Origin: Azolla caroliniana
Lineage: Eukaryota; Plantae; Polypodiophyta
Reading direction: 5' to 3'
Assembly (NCBI GenBank): GCA_043228905.1
Contig: JBHGNT010000004.1
Span: 17,236,001-17,300,000, forward strand
DNA: 64,000 nt
Below the pieces are notes generated by a model. The model saw nothing but the letters and a program-made list of their open reading frames with translations, searched no databases and was not told where the DNA came from. A program made the translations under genes and the position numbers. This document shows positions 38,430-49,958 of this stretch, piece after piece. Each line of letters starts with the position of its first letter. The first letter of the stretch is position 1.

Positions 38430-41358
38430 ACCTACTTCCGGCCCGTCGTGGTTTTGCATTTTATCGGAAAAGGGGGTTGGGAGGTGTGGGGCCGATGTAA
38501 GGTTTCATTCAGAACCCGTTTTGGCATGACTTCTCCTGCTAAGGTGCCGAGTTGGTATGTCCTGTTAAATTCATTGACGATTCAGAAGGGTCTCGTCCAT
38601 CGGAACTGAAGTTTTCCCAGCTTGAGTTTGAAAAACCGAGATGGCTTTGCTGATCCTGAATTGTTGCTCATTGCATCTTCAATGCCGGTCGACAAATGCT
38701 TTTCTCCGACGCTAGGCCTGCTCTAGATTGCTCAAACTAGCGAGCTGGACGTCACCGAGTTTGAGAAGTTGTTCGAGACGTTATCGTTCGGACTTGGTTT
38801 TGGGAAGGCGTTTAGTTATCTGAACTCGTAAATTGGGGACCTGAAATTTGACCAACATCATGGCCTCTAGTCCGAATGCCAATTAGAAGGGCGTCGATTT
38901 GATGATTGTCTTATAAGTCATTCGATAGGCCCGGTTGGCACTATAAAGCTTCTGATCCCAGTCGGTTTGGTTTTCGTTCACGATTTTCTTTAAGTTATTC
39001 TAGAGCATTTTGTTCGTGGATTCCATGAGTCCGTTTGTTTGTGGGTAATAAGGCGTGCTCTTTTTATGGACAACGACGTAGTGAGTCGTGAGTTGCTTGG
39101 ATTTTTTTGTTCATAAAGTAACCTCTGTGATCAGTAACCAACTCGATGGGACAACCAAATCGACACCAAAGGTGTTTGTAAACGTGGATGCAGTCGTATT
39201 GTCTCAGAGCGCTTTCGCTTCGACCCATTTGGTGCAATAGTCGGTCACGACAATGATATACTAATTTCCTATTCGGGTCGCGACTAGTTGAATGGTCCTA
39301 CGAAATCTAGGCCCCATTTTTGGAAAGGCTCGAGCGGAAGAATGGGTTGGTGGGGCATCCAAGCTTGTTCGGTGGGTTGGCCCATACGTTGGCATAGATC
39401 GCATTGCAGACAGAACTGGTGAGCATCTTTCTGAGTCATCGGCCACCATAAACCATTGTGCCAGACTTTTCGGGCCGTCGCATCATCGGCATAATGTCCT
39501 CCAGCTATCCCATAATGTGCTTTGTGGAGGATGGCTTCCTTTTCGAACTTTCGAATTGCTCAGCACCATATGTCGTCTCCGCCTTTGTGATATAAGATGT
39601 CGTGTGGTAGGCAGAAATTCCGAATGTGGACGACCAATCACTTCTTTCCATCGAGTGTCTGGCTCTCAAGTGGAAGGCTAGTATTCAGAAATTGCACCAT
39701 TTCATCTATCCACTTGTCTTCGGGATCCGAATTAGGAGGATTTGTGGTGATTTCGAAAATATCCGCATCGATTCCGGGAGATCATCAGGGACACCTTCGG
39801 TTAGCTCTCCTGTTTCGAGACGACTAAGGTAGTCAGCCACAATATGTTGTACCCATAGTCAATGATGAATGTCAAACTCGAACTCTTGTAGTAAAAGCAT
39901 CCGTCGAGCCAGTCTGCCGGTAAGGGATTGCTTCATGACCAATTAGAGGAGAGTCGAGTGGTTGCCGTGAAAAGTAAATTTTCGGCTGAGAAGGTAATGC
40001 CAAAACTTGGTTATATTGTATATCATCCTGAGAGCTTCTCTCTCTATAATCGAATAGTTCTTTTCGGTGGTCAAGAGACGTTGGCTAGCGTAATATATTG
40101 GCCGATACCAGTTAGGGGGCATCATCTGCATGAGAGCACTGCCAATAGCCACGCTTGATGCATCGACAAACACGTGGAGCAGTTGTGTCCAATTGGGTGG
40201 TTGGACTATGGGTGGGTGAGCCAACGTGATTTTCAAAGGCGTATACGCCTCATTTTCTGTGGAGTTCCATCGAAAGGGCATTCTATGAACCGTTGTGTGC
40301 AAGGGAGTCGTGAAGTCGGCCGAATGGCGGAGCATGCGGCTGTGCCATCGGATTTGTCCTAAGAAACGACTGAGGGCCTTCACGGTTGTTGGGGCCGGAG
40401 CAACGAGAATGGTATTGACCTTGTTAGGGTCCATTGCAATCCCTTCCCGACTCATGATATGCCCAAGTAAGGCGCCACGGGGCACGCCAAAAGCGCATTT
40501 TGCCGAATTGAGGCTTAATCGAGCGTGTCGACATTGTTCCAGGCACAAGCGTAATTGGTCCCACCGGGCGTGCCAAATTGTGTTACTCCCTCCCGTTGAA
40601 CAACTTCGATTACTCCTCTTGAGTAATTGGGTCAAGGTATTGTGGTGCGAAGGAGAGTGGGTCACGGCGTCCTACCGAGATCGTCAACTAAGTCGTTACG
40701 GTTATATGACTTCCTGAGGCCCGTGATCGGTATTTAGACTATCCCACTTGGGGAGGGATTTACGACTGGGGGAAATACGAAGGATAGGCCACAGAATCGG
40801 CTATAATCGGGTCAAGGTATTGTGGTGCGAAGGAGAGTGGGTCACGACGTCCTACCGAGATCGTCAACTAAGTCGTTACGGTTATATGACTTCCTGGGGC
40901 CCGTGATCGGTATTTAGACTATCACACTTGGGGAGGGATTTACGATTGGGGGAAATACGAAGGATAGGCCGCAGAATCGGCTACAACCGATTCTTGGATA
41001 CATTCCTTACATAGACCGAACGTATATAGAGATATATATAGATAGAGATCGGAATACAGACAAGACAGAACACAGAAGTTACCCACAAAACGTATATATA
41101 TTCGATTAAAGTGTAATATCCAGATACAAGCACCAAGTACTCTTGGTTACACTCACTCAGTCTCAGATTGTCTATTCCTATATTTAGTCCTCTAGATCAC
41201 CCCTTTATGTGTTCGTTAATCCTGATATATATAACACCCTTCTCCTCGACGCTTTCCACCCGTTCCTTCCTTGATATTTGGCTTCCTTTGTTCGGTTGTT
41301 AGTGCTCGGCTCCTTTTGATATGTTTCACACTTGTCATACTTGTCCCACCGGGTAACA
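38430..41358 (-). mobile_element. Ty3/gypsy element remnant: 5' LTR, PBS, then RT C-terminus, RNase H and integrase
   Basis: The LTR spans 41358-40581 (TGTTAC...GTAACA), and an 18-nt PBS TGGCACGCCCGGTGGGAC lies at 40558-40575. RT/RH motifs LSLNSAKCAF...LLGH, RFLGQI, VFVDASS.AIG and EKNYS..ERE follow. Integrase remnants (DYCTKWVEAK, TPYYPQTNG) lie at about 39000-39260. Confidence 0.9.
40624..40985. repeat. 180-bp tandem duplication inside the gypsy LTR
   Basis: The sequence at 40624-40803 is repeated at 40804-40985 with few substitutions. Confidence 0.95.
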
Positions 41359-42400
41359 AAGAGGTGTTGATGCTACCAATGTGTCAATAAAGGTATTTCT
41401 TAAGAACCCAACATTTAATTTCTCCACCATCGCATTCGATATCCAATGCATATTAAGCCCTCTTTCTCTATTCTAAGTGATGAGTAGCACATTCATTCCA
41501 TCTATTGTTGGAGGGAACATGAAGCCCAAGATATTGAAAAGCTTTTTGTGGTTCAATTGGCTCATTGCTAAACACAATGCATGGTTTACCCTGAGTTTGC
41601 ATGTGCATGGCTTATCACCCATTGACTAAGCATATATTGGCTTGGTACCTTTGAGTTATTGGTCTATAACGCAAAAATATATTCCTTTACCTTTCAAATG
41701 ACTTTCTTCCATTAACATTGAAAAGTGGCTAGGTGATTGATGTCATGATGGTATTCTCATACACCCTCTTACTATTCGTGTCTCCTCATGTGCATAACCT
41801 CCATTACACATCCAAGTAGATTTTGCGATAAGAAAACCAAAACCGATCATGGCTGTCAAGTAATCGATGTCTTACCCTTGGTGTGAAGGTCCGATCTGTA
41901 CTCCATTCATGAGGCATGCCATGTTGCGATGTACAATTAAACATCTAAGTTATCCAAACATGTGCATAACCATTTGAGGCAATTGGTGTTGATACCTCGA
42001 AGATCTCCTCCGTTGCGAGGAGCCGATTTCTAAAGCCAAAAGGCACGAATGAGAGCAGATCATGAGAAATAATCATCATGTGGACAGATAGTATGTGTGT
42101 GAGCAAAATATTCTTGTACACACAATATGTATATATATATGTAATAATGTATGTACATACATTTGGAGGTTATTAAGGGAAGATACAAAAAGAACTAAGT
42201 GTAGGAACCCAATGGAATGGAAAATATATAAAGAGTAAAAAATAAGGGCTCTTCTCTCTGTCTGTCTCTCTGAGGAGGGCATGCGGGTGCAGGGGATTGT
42301 GTGTGTTGATAACAAGGACATCGGGCTATGGTGGAAACGTGAAGAGAGAACACAAACTATTGCTGTGTTTTCTTCTTCTTCTTCACTACCACCATCGATT

Positions 42401-42541
42401 ATGTTGGTGGGCTCATTCTTTCAGCTTATCTTGGACCTCGCTTTCGCAGCGATGTCCCTCATGCTCGCAGTAGCGATATTCGGCTTCATCGCGTGGATCC
42501 TCAGCAGCATCGCCTTCCTCAAGAACGCTAAATCTGCGTAA
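42401..42541 (+). CDS. 46-aa hydrophobic small protein or upstream ORF (putative membrane peptide)
   Basis: The ORF runs from ATG 42401 to TAA 42541 and encodes MLVGSFFQLILDLAFAAMSLMLAVAIFGFIAWILSSIAFLKNAKSA. It is a GC-elevated, coding-like island after a (CTT)n leader and before a T-rich, intron-like segment. Confidence 0.65.
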   Translation: MLVGSFFQLILDLAFAAMSLMLAVAIFGFIAWILSSIAFLKNAKSA

Positions 42542-43014
42542 AAGAACAGAATAAAAATACTGTGTTTAATCAGGAAACCGGTTCTTCTCGTCTCTTCTAT
42601 GCGTAAACGTGGTTTCTCTTGGTATACAGTTTTTATGTGTCAAAGCTAGTGTTTTTAGTGCCCTTAGCACTTTTTTTCTGTTAAGGTTAAGTTTCCTTTT
42701 GTTGGAATTACCGTTTTGTTTGCCTTATGTTTTGTTTTTGTGCAATTAGCTTTTGTGTGTTTGAGGAATCTTTGTTTATGTATGGTTTTTTTCTTGTGTG
42801 ATTATGTTTTATTGTTTAATTAGGTGATTTTAGGTTTTTCTTAATGAGATTTTTTTCCTGTGCCGAGGTTTTTGGGGGTAGTTATGGCCTTTTGGGTATT
42901 TAATCATGTTTTTAAAATCTGTTTGCTTATTCAGATTTCAAACCCTTTCATTTCTGCATGCAGATTGGCTCATTTCTGGATCAGAGGGGATTTTTAGTGG
43001 ATTGAATTTTGAGC

Positions 43015-44874
43015 ATGGAGGGCATTGTTAAGCCAAAGAAGAGGAAACGTTTGATTGAAAGGAAAGAAGAGGCTTCCACTGTAGATTTAATTACAACTTT
43101 TGATGATGATGGGTTAGAAAAGGATAATAAACATGCAAAACGACGAAAGCTGAGGAACGATGATATATCAAAAAGGTGTGATGGTGTTAAGGCAAAAGAT
43201 GACAAAGGTTCACAAGAGAAACTGACTGAGAAGGATGAGTTACAGAAGGAGAGGATTCATGCGGAGGGTAAAAACTCGAAGAAAGATAATGTAGTAGAAA
43301 GATGTCAGGATATTGATAAGGCACACGGGAAGGAGGGTTTGAAAGATAAGCTGATGGATAATGATGGGTTAGAGAAGGAGGAGATATGTCCAAAACGTAG
43401 GAAGTCTAAGAATGTTGCGTTAAGAAATTTTGATAATGTTGTAATGGCACATGAGAAAGAAGGTCAAGAAGATAAAGCAATGGATGGTGATGGGTTAAAG
43501 AAGAAGACAGTACGTGCAGAATGTAGAAAACCTAATATAGATGATGTGCACAAAAGATGTGGTGACGTTAAGGTACAAAAGGAGGAAGATCTCAAAGATG
43601 GAACAACAGAAAATATATCCTTGGATGGTAAAGATCTCGATGGGTTAAAAGAGAAGACAGTACGTGCAAAATGTAGAAAACCTAATATAGATGATGTGCA
43701 CAAAAGATGTGACGACGTTAAGGTACAAGAGGAGGAAGATCTCAAAGATGGAACAACAGAAAATATATCCTTGGATGCTAAAGATCTCGATGGGTTAAAA
43801 GAGAAGACAGTGTGTGCAAAACGTAGAAAACCTAATATAGATGATGTGCACAAAAGATGTGGCAACGTTCAGGTACAAGAGGAGGAAGATCTGAAAGATG
43901 GAACAGAAAATATATCCTTGGATGGTAAAGATCTCGATGGGTTAAAGGAGAAGACAGTACGTGCAAAACGTAGAAAACCTAATATAGATGATGTGCACAA
44001 AAGATGTTGCGCCGTTAAGGTACAGGAGGAAAATGGAACAACAGAAAATATATGCTTGGATGGTAAAGATCTTGCTTGGTCCGAGTCCCTTTCAGATGCA
44101 CAAGTGGTATACTTTCTGCTCTATTTTTTCATTCTTCGGGTTTGATGAATAATAATGAAGATTTACCCATATTATGCATCATTTTTGTGCTTTATTTCAT
44201 CCTTTTCACAGTGCACTATTAAACTCTACAGTTGTTTACTAGAATCTTTAAATTCAGCTCAGCTTTCTTTTTTTGGGGTTCCCATTCACGCACAGAAGAT
44301 ATATTTTGCCATTGACTTTAGTGAGGAGCATCAAATAAGGTTGAAATTGTGCCTTATTGATACTTGGATTCTTATGCAAACACTTAGAAATTGAAAAATT
44401 CGAGTAGGGATGCTATGAAAGCAGATAATGCAGTGCCTCTTTAACACTTGAATAGTTATATGATGAATAAGGTGAGGAGTTGTGCTTTCAAAAGCAGATG
44501 CAGGGTGCTAGTAGACAAATGTTTAGGCGAGGGATTTATTGGTAGTTTCTCTATTAAGTGTCTATGGTTCCTTTCATCCGAGCAAAAGACTTGGGGTCTA
44601 TTTTCGTGCTGTAGGATGTACTAGTGAGCATCAAGAAGCTGGCTGTGGAACGTTGTGAAACTATTAATGCTGATAAACTGACAAGGAGTCTTTCAGCCTC
44701 AGCTTTGCGAACAATAGGTTTGGCTTTGTTTTCTAGATGCCATGGATTAGCATATTTTAGACTCAAATCCTACCATCATCATATGTTTTTTTTTTCTGTC
44801 TAGGAATTTTGTTGGAGGAGCTGGCCAAAGATCATGCGAGAAGACTAGTTTGTACGCATAAGTCAACTGGTTGA
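43015..44874 (+). CDS. Uncharacterised protein, about 421 aa: Lys/Asp/Glu-rich tandem-repeat N-terminus and a short conserved-looking helical C-terminal domain
   Basis: Exons 43015-44106, 44615-44717 and 44804-44874 are GT-AG with phases 0 and 1. The C-terminus AWSESLSDAQV|DVLVSIKKLAVERC...ALRTI|GILLEELAK resembles, from recall, the plant motif WL.SLSESELD.LISLK.L...RA...LRALG.IL.E.LK. Confidence 0.8.
43489..44072 (+). repeat. About four in-frame 150-bp (50-aa) coding tandem repeats
   Basis: The unit DGLKEKTVRAK.RKPNIDDVHKRC.DVKVQEEEDLKDGTTENISLDGKDL starts at about 43489, 43639, 43789 and 43936. Confidence 0.95.
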
Positions 44875-45727
44875 GCTAATGAAGGATCACCACAATTAAA
44901 GAGCTTATGAAAAATAATATGTTGATAGACTTCCAATAGTTTTTTGGCATCTTGTTAACACTTGGTGTGTCATTTTTTTGTAGTTTAGCCATTGCTTCAT
45001 TCCATTATGAACCATACTTTTTTGTGAATCTAAATGTTTGAGTGGATTTGAGAAACTATAGTATTTAAAGGATATGTCCTTGTGCCAACAATTAAGGTAG
45101 ATTTAATGGAACCATGAGATTTGATTACTGATATTTGAAGCATTTAAAACATTGGAATCCGAGCTGATCAATGGACAAAGTTGTATTCTACATTTTCAAT
45201 GATAGTAATGTGAAGAAGGTTTTTGTCTTGATACTCAAAGAGATAAATAATATATATGTTAAGAATAAAACATTTTTTTGTGAACTGATGAGCTATGTGA
45301 TCCATCTTATGATTTGGGAAGTTGGGTACCCATCATGATATTGATATAAGTTGGCACATCATGCCCATAGAGCTTGGTTTTCGTGTTTGTGCGCAATTGA
45401 TTCCTTGTCAAAGCTTTTGGAAGGATAATTTCATTGTTATGCTTCCTTGTCAAAGCTTTTGGTTTTCGCGTTATGCACATGGCACCTCCCATGGTTCCTC
45501 ATTTCTCGCATGGTGCCTCGCATGGGAGTGGTTGGGATCGGGCCGACTAAACTAGACTCGGTCGGCCCCAACTCCACAATATACAACGCATGATGTATTG
45601 GAAACATTATGTTAAACTAGCAAGCTATTGTCAACATGGATAAAACAAAAAAGTTTTTTTTTGCACTTACATGTCCATTGTGTTTTATTGTCATATACTT
45701 TGGATCATAATTTGAACCATACGTACT

Positions 45728-48700
45728 TGTGGAGCGAGCAAGCTCAACTTGGGTCAGATTGGTTGAAGAAGCCGACAACCGGATTAGATAGAAACCGATC
45801 GGTTAGGCCCAGATCAGTTGAAGTCGAGAGTTGGATCGGACGAAGATCGATCGGCTAGGTCAGATTGGTGGGTAGTCGGCAAGCCGTTTGGACCGATATT
45901 CCACAAGGGAATAATTTTGGGAGTTAGTGTTAGATGCTCATTTAATGAGCACTCAAGTATTCGTCAGTACTTGTTTCCCCATAGTCATGGCTTGCATTTA
46001 AAGTGCTCTTTGAGCACATTTGTATGTATAGAGTATTATTCATTTTTAATCTAAGTTTATTGTTTGCTCACTCTATCACTCTATCTTACTGTGTATTTTC
46101 CATTCTTTGTGTTTACCTAATTGTTGTTATTGTCTGGCTCAACTGATTGTGTTTGTTACAAGCTTTTGCGTACATAATTCTTTTCAGGGTATTAGAGCAC
46201 GAGGGTTAGAAGGATCCTCTACTGTCGACAAAGCAAATCAACACATAGATGAAGAGTTTTCTTCCTCAAACAACAAGAACATGGACATAGGTATGGGTAG
46301 CTCTCTTCTAACAGAGAAGCTTGACAGAAACAACTATGCATCTTGGTCATACAAGATGCACCAGTACCTGCTTGGACATGGGTATTGGAGCTATGTCGAA
46401 GGAGTCAACAATGCAACACCGGATTCGAGACACAAAGATTTTCCCGCCTGGGAACAGGCAGCAAGCAAAGTTCTTTATTACTTTGCATCTAGTGTGAGCT
46501 ACCATCTATTGAGCTACATCCAGGATGCCAAGACGCCGAAGGATGATTGGGGAAATCTGAAGAAGATCTTTGCCGCAAGCACGATAGCCAGAAAACTATA
46601 ACTCAAACAGGAGCCGAGCAATGTCCGATAGAGAGACATGTCGGTGGTTAGTTACACCTCCAAGATTAAGGAGATTTGCGTCTCGCTTAGGTCGAACGTG
46701 ACGATTGAAGAAGAAGAGATGGTGTAGGCCTGTCTCGGAGGTTTGGCACAGAAGTTCGGATAATTCCAAACGACGGTATGTACGAGAGAGAGCACACCAT
46801 CGTTCTTCAAGCTTCAATCAATGTTGCTTGTTGAAGAGAACCATGCGGGTGTGTTAACAAGCACGCACGCCGACAACAAGATGTTATACACGGAGGTAGA
46901 GAGACTTCGTGGTCGTGGTGGACGACGCGGGTCGACACACAATGGAGGTGGTCGATAGGAGTAGAACTAGAGGCATATTAGAAATGTTGACAATGGTTCC
47001 AGACTCACCACCAGCAGGGGGAATCAAGGCGGCGCCAAAAGCCGGCAAGAGAAGGTCGTGACAAACTGCTGGTACTGTGGTCAAAAGGGCTAGAGAGAGA
47101 GTGAGTGTTGGAAGAAGCGTGTCGATTTGGATAGAGCTAGATCAAGCCGTGGAGACGTAGATAGGCATCACAAATCACACTTCGGTGGAGGCTCAACGCT
47201 AGTTGGAACGGGCCCAACCCTTGTAATGAAGCACAAAGCAAATAAGATGGGAGTTCGCACTTTTAAGCCGAAAGAGGTGTGGTATGTGGATTCCGGAGCG
47301 TTGAACCACATGACAAACCATAAAGAATGGTTCTCCTCCCTTGAGAAGATGGAGCAACCGAGAGTTGTCGAAATAGGCGACAACACCACACATCCCATCA
47401 AACACGTGGGCGACATACCACTCAGCCATGTCGGACAGAAGGGGGTGATGTGGAACGTACTGCATGTTCTGAAGATTGTGAAGAACTTGGTATCCGTTGG
47501 ACAAATCATCAATCAAGGCATGTAGGTACGGTTCAATCATCTCGGTTGCTTCATCGAGAACGAGGGTCGGCTAATCGTGCATGGGTGCAAAGACGGAAGG
47601 ATGTTGATCCTCGAGACCAATGATGTTGGCACCGCAATGTATGCGAAAGGACAAAGGGTCAAATCCGACATCGATCTGTGGCAGAAGCGGATCAGCCACA
47701 TCAATTTTCCAAAGCTTCAAGAAATGTAGTTGAAACATGTGGTATTGGACAACCACAGTTTAGCGGCCGAAAAGGCCAAGTATGTGAAGCTTGTCAGCTC
47801 GGGAAGCAACATAGGCTTCCGTTCCCAAATGAGAAGAATTGGAATCGAAATCAGCTTGATCTAATCCACACGGATGTATGGGGACCAACAAGTTGTGTGA
47901 GCATGGGTGGGAACCGATACTTCGTGTCCCTCATCGACAATTTTAGTCGACACACTTGGGTCTACCTAATTGAGAAGAAGAGTGAAGTCTTCAGAATCTC
48001 ATGTTTCCAGGACTTAAAGAACCTTGTAGAATGGGAAACTCAAAGGAAATCAAGTGTCTATGATTGGATGGCGGAAAAGAATACTTTTTCAGCCAATTCA
48101 CGAGCTATCTGCAAAAAAAGGGAATCCGAAAGGAGTTCTCCTGCACATACATGCCGGAGCAGAATGACGTGGCCAAGGGACGAAACCGGACAATAGTAGA
48201 AGTTGTTAGGGCAATGCTGGAGGAGAAGAGCATGCCTAGGATCTATTGGGTTGAAGCGATCCGGACGGTCATCTACATATAGAATGGGATATCTGCTTCC
48301 GGAGCAAAGGTGTCGCCGCACAAGCTCTACTTCGTGCGAAAGCCTAATTTGGCACACCTTATGGTGTTCGGTAGAATTGCATATGTGCATATACCGAATG
48401 AGAGATGAGGTAAGCTGGATGCCAAGGCCGAGAAATGTATCTTGGTTGGCTACTTGCACGAGCAAAAGGGGTACAAGTTCTATAATCCCCGATCGAAGCA
48501 AGTGAACCGTGATGTTGTCTTTGACGAATCAACTTCTTGGTATTCCCTTCCGTCTTCGATCCCCAAAGACGTTGGGCCGATTGTTGGGGAAGAGGCCAGT
48601 GAGGCTAACCTCCTGGATGAGGCAGACATCGGAACCCCAGAAGAGAGTTCGATTTCATTTCGGCTAAGTGGGCCGAATGAGGGACTGAGTCAGAATGACC

Positions 48701-49427
48701 AGTCGGATGAGGAGCCGACGGGCAGTGGAGACTCGGCCCTGCAATCCCCGTAGATGAAGTTCAGGAGACGGCCTACCTGCAAGAGAAGGGAAGCAGAAAA
48801 TGTCAAAATACGGCAACAATGGAGACACATTGGATCAAAGTGAATCTGATGGGGCCATGAGCGAAAATGAACCTCATGAGTTGAGGTCGGAGTTGGACAA
48901 GAGGGGCGTGAAATTGTCAAAGTAGAAGTTGCACCGATCAACCCGCAAGAAGAACCCCTCGTTCGGTACGGGTACAATGAATATATGGTGCATCACTATG
49001 CGTATATGGTGAAGGTGGCGAATTCTGAAGTGCTTAAGTTAGAAACCGATTGGTTAGGCCCGGATCGGCTGAAGAAGCCAAAGCCGAATCAACAATCAGC
49101 TAGGCCAAATCGACGGGCAGCCGACAAGACATTTGGACTGATATTCCACAAAGGAATAATTTTGGGAGTTAGAGTTAGATGCTCATGAAATGAGCACAGA
49201 AGTACTTCATCGATACTTGTCAACCCATTGTCAGGGCTTGTATTTAAAGTGCTCTTTGAGCACATTTGTATGTACAGAGTATTATTCATTTTGAATCTAA
49301 ATTTGTTGTTTGCTCACTCTGTCACTCTCTCATACTTTGTATTTTCCATTCTCTATGTTTACCTAACTCTTGTTATTGTTCGGCTTAGTCGATTGTGTAC
49401 AAGCTTCTGCGTACATAATTCTTTTTA
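45728..49427 (+). mobile_element. Ty1/copia family A element with both LTRs, gag-protease-integrase, and RT/RNase H deleted
   Basis: The 5' LTR spans 45728-46186, with PBS GGGTATTAGAGC at 46187-46198. Gag (EKLDRNNYASWSYKM, CWYCG knuckle), protease (WYVDSGALNHMT) and integrase (CEACQLGKQHR, LIHTDVWGP, DGGKEY, KLDAK) follow. Coding sequence ends at YAYMVKVA (about 49020) and joins a 5'-truncated 3' LTR (about 49040-49427). The flanks are GTACT and GTATC. Confidence 0.93.
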
Positions 49428-49594
49428 GTATCATACGTACATTGACATTCGAGTATGGTAAACACCCTCGAAGTATGGTAAATACCATATTTTGTATTCC
49501 TTATTTATTATAAGGTAAGAAAGCTAAGGTAAAAAGAATAGTACGTAATATACTCGAATGCATTGGCAAACATTCCTTTTCATACAAATGCGTA

Positions 49595-49838
49595 TGTTAT
49601 CAAGACCGATCGACTAGGTTCAGATTGGATCGGAGAGCCAGTAGGCTGTTAGAGGCCTACGATCCTAGTCTAGTAGATAGGCATATTTTTGGGAGTTAGT
49701 GTTAGTAGCTCAATTATGAGCATTGAAATACTTGTCAATACTTCTGACTGTCCTTTATGGACTTTTATAAAAGTGCTCACTGAGCACACTTGTATGTACA
49801 GACAAAGTATTATTTTGAAATTGAGTTTTTGCTGTTAT

Positions 49839-49878
<40 letters not shown>

Positions 49879-49958
49879 GTTCTCTGTGGTTACCGTTCTT
49901 TGTTGTAATCCGACTGAGCCAATCGTGTCTGTGTAGCTTCCACACGCTAATCTTCACA
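49595..49958 (+). mobile_element. Solo LTR of copia family A
   Basis: It runs TGTTATC to CTTCACA and contains the family A core and a (CT)n tract. I saw no clear TSD. Confidence 0.8.

Noticed and set aside
40558-40575. tRNA-like 3' end ending in CCA
   Set aside because: It is only 18 nt and adjacent to an LTR end, so it is a primer-binding site, not a tRNA gene.
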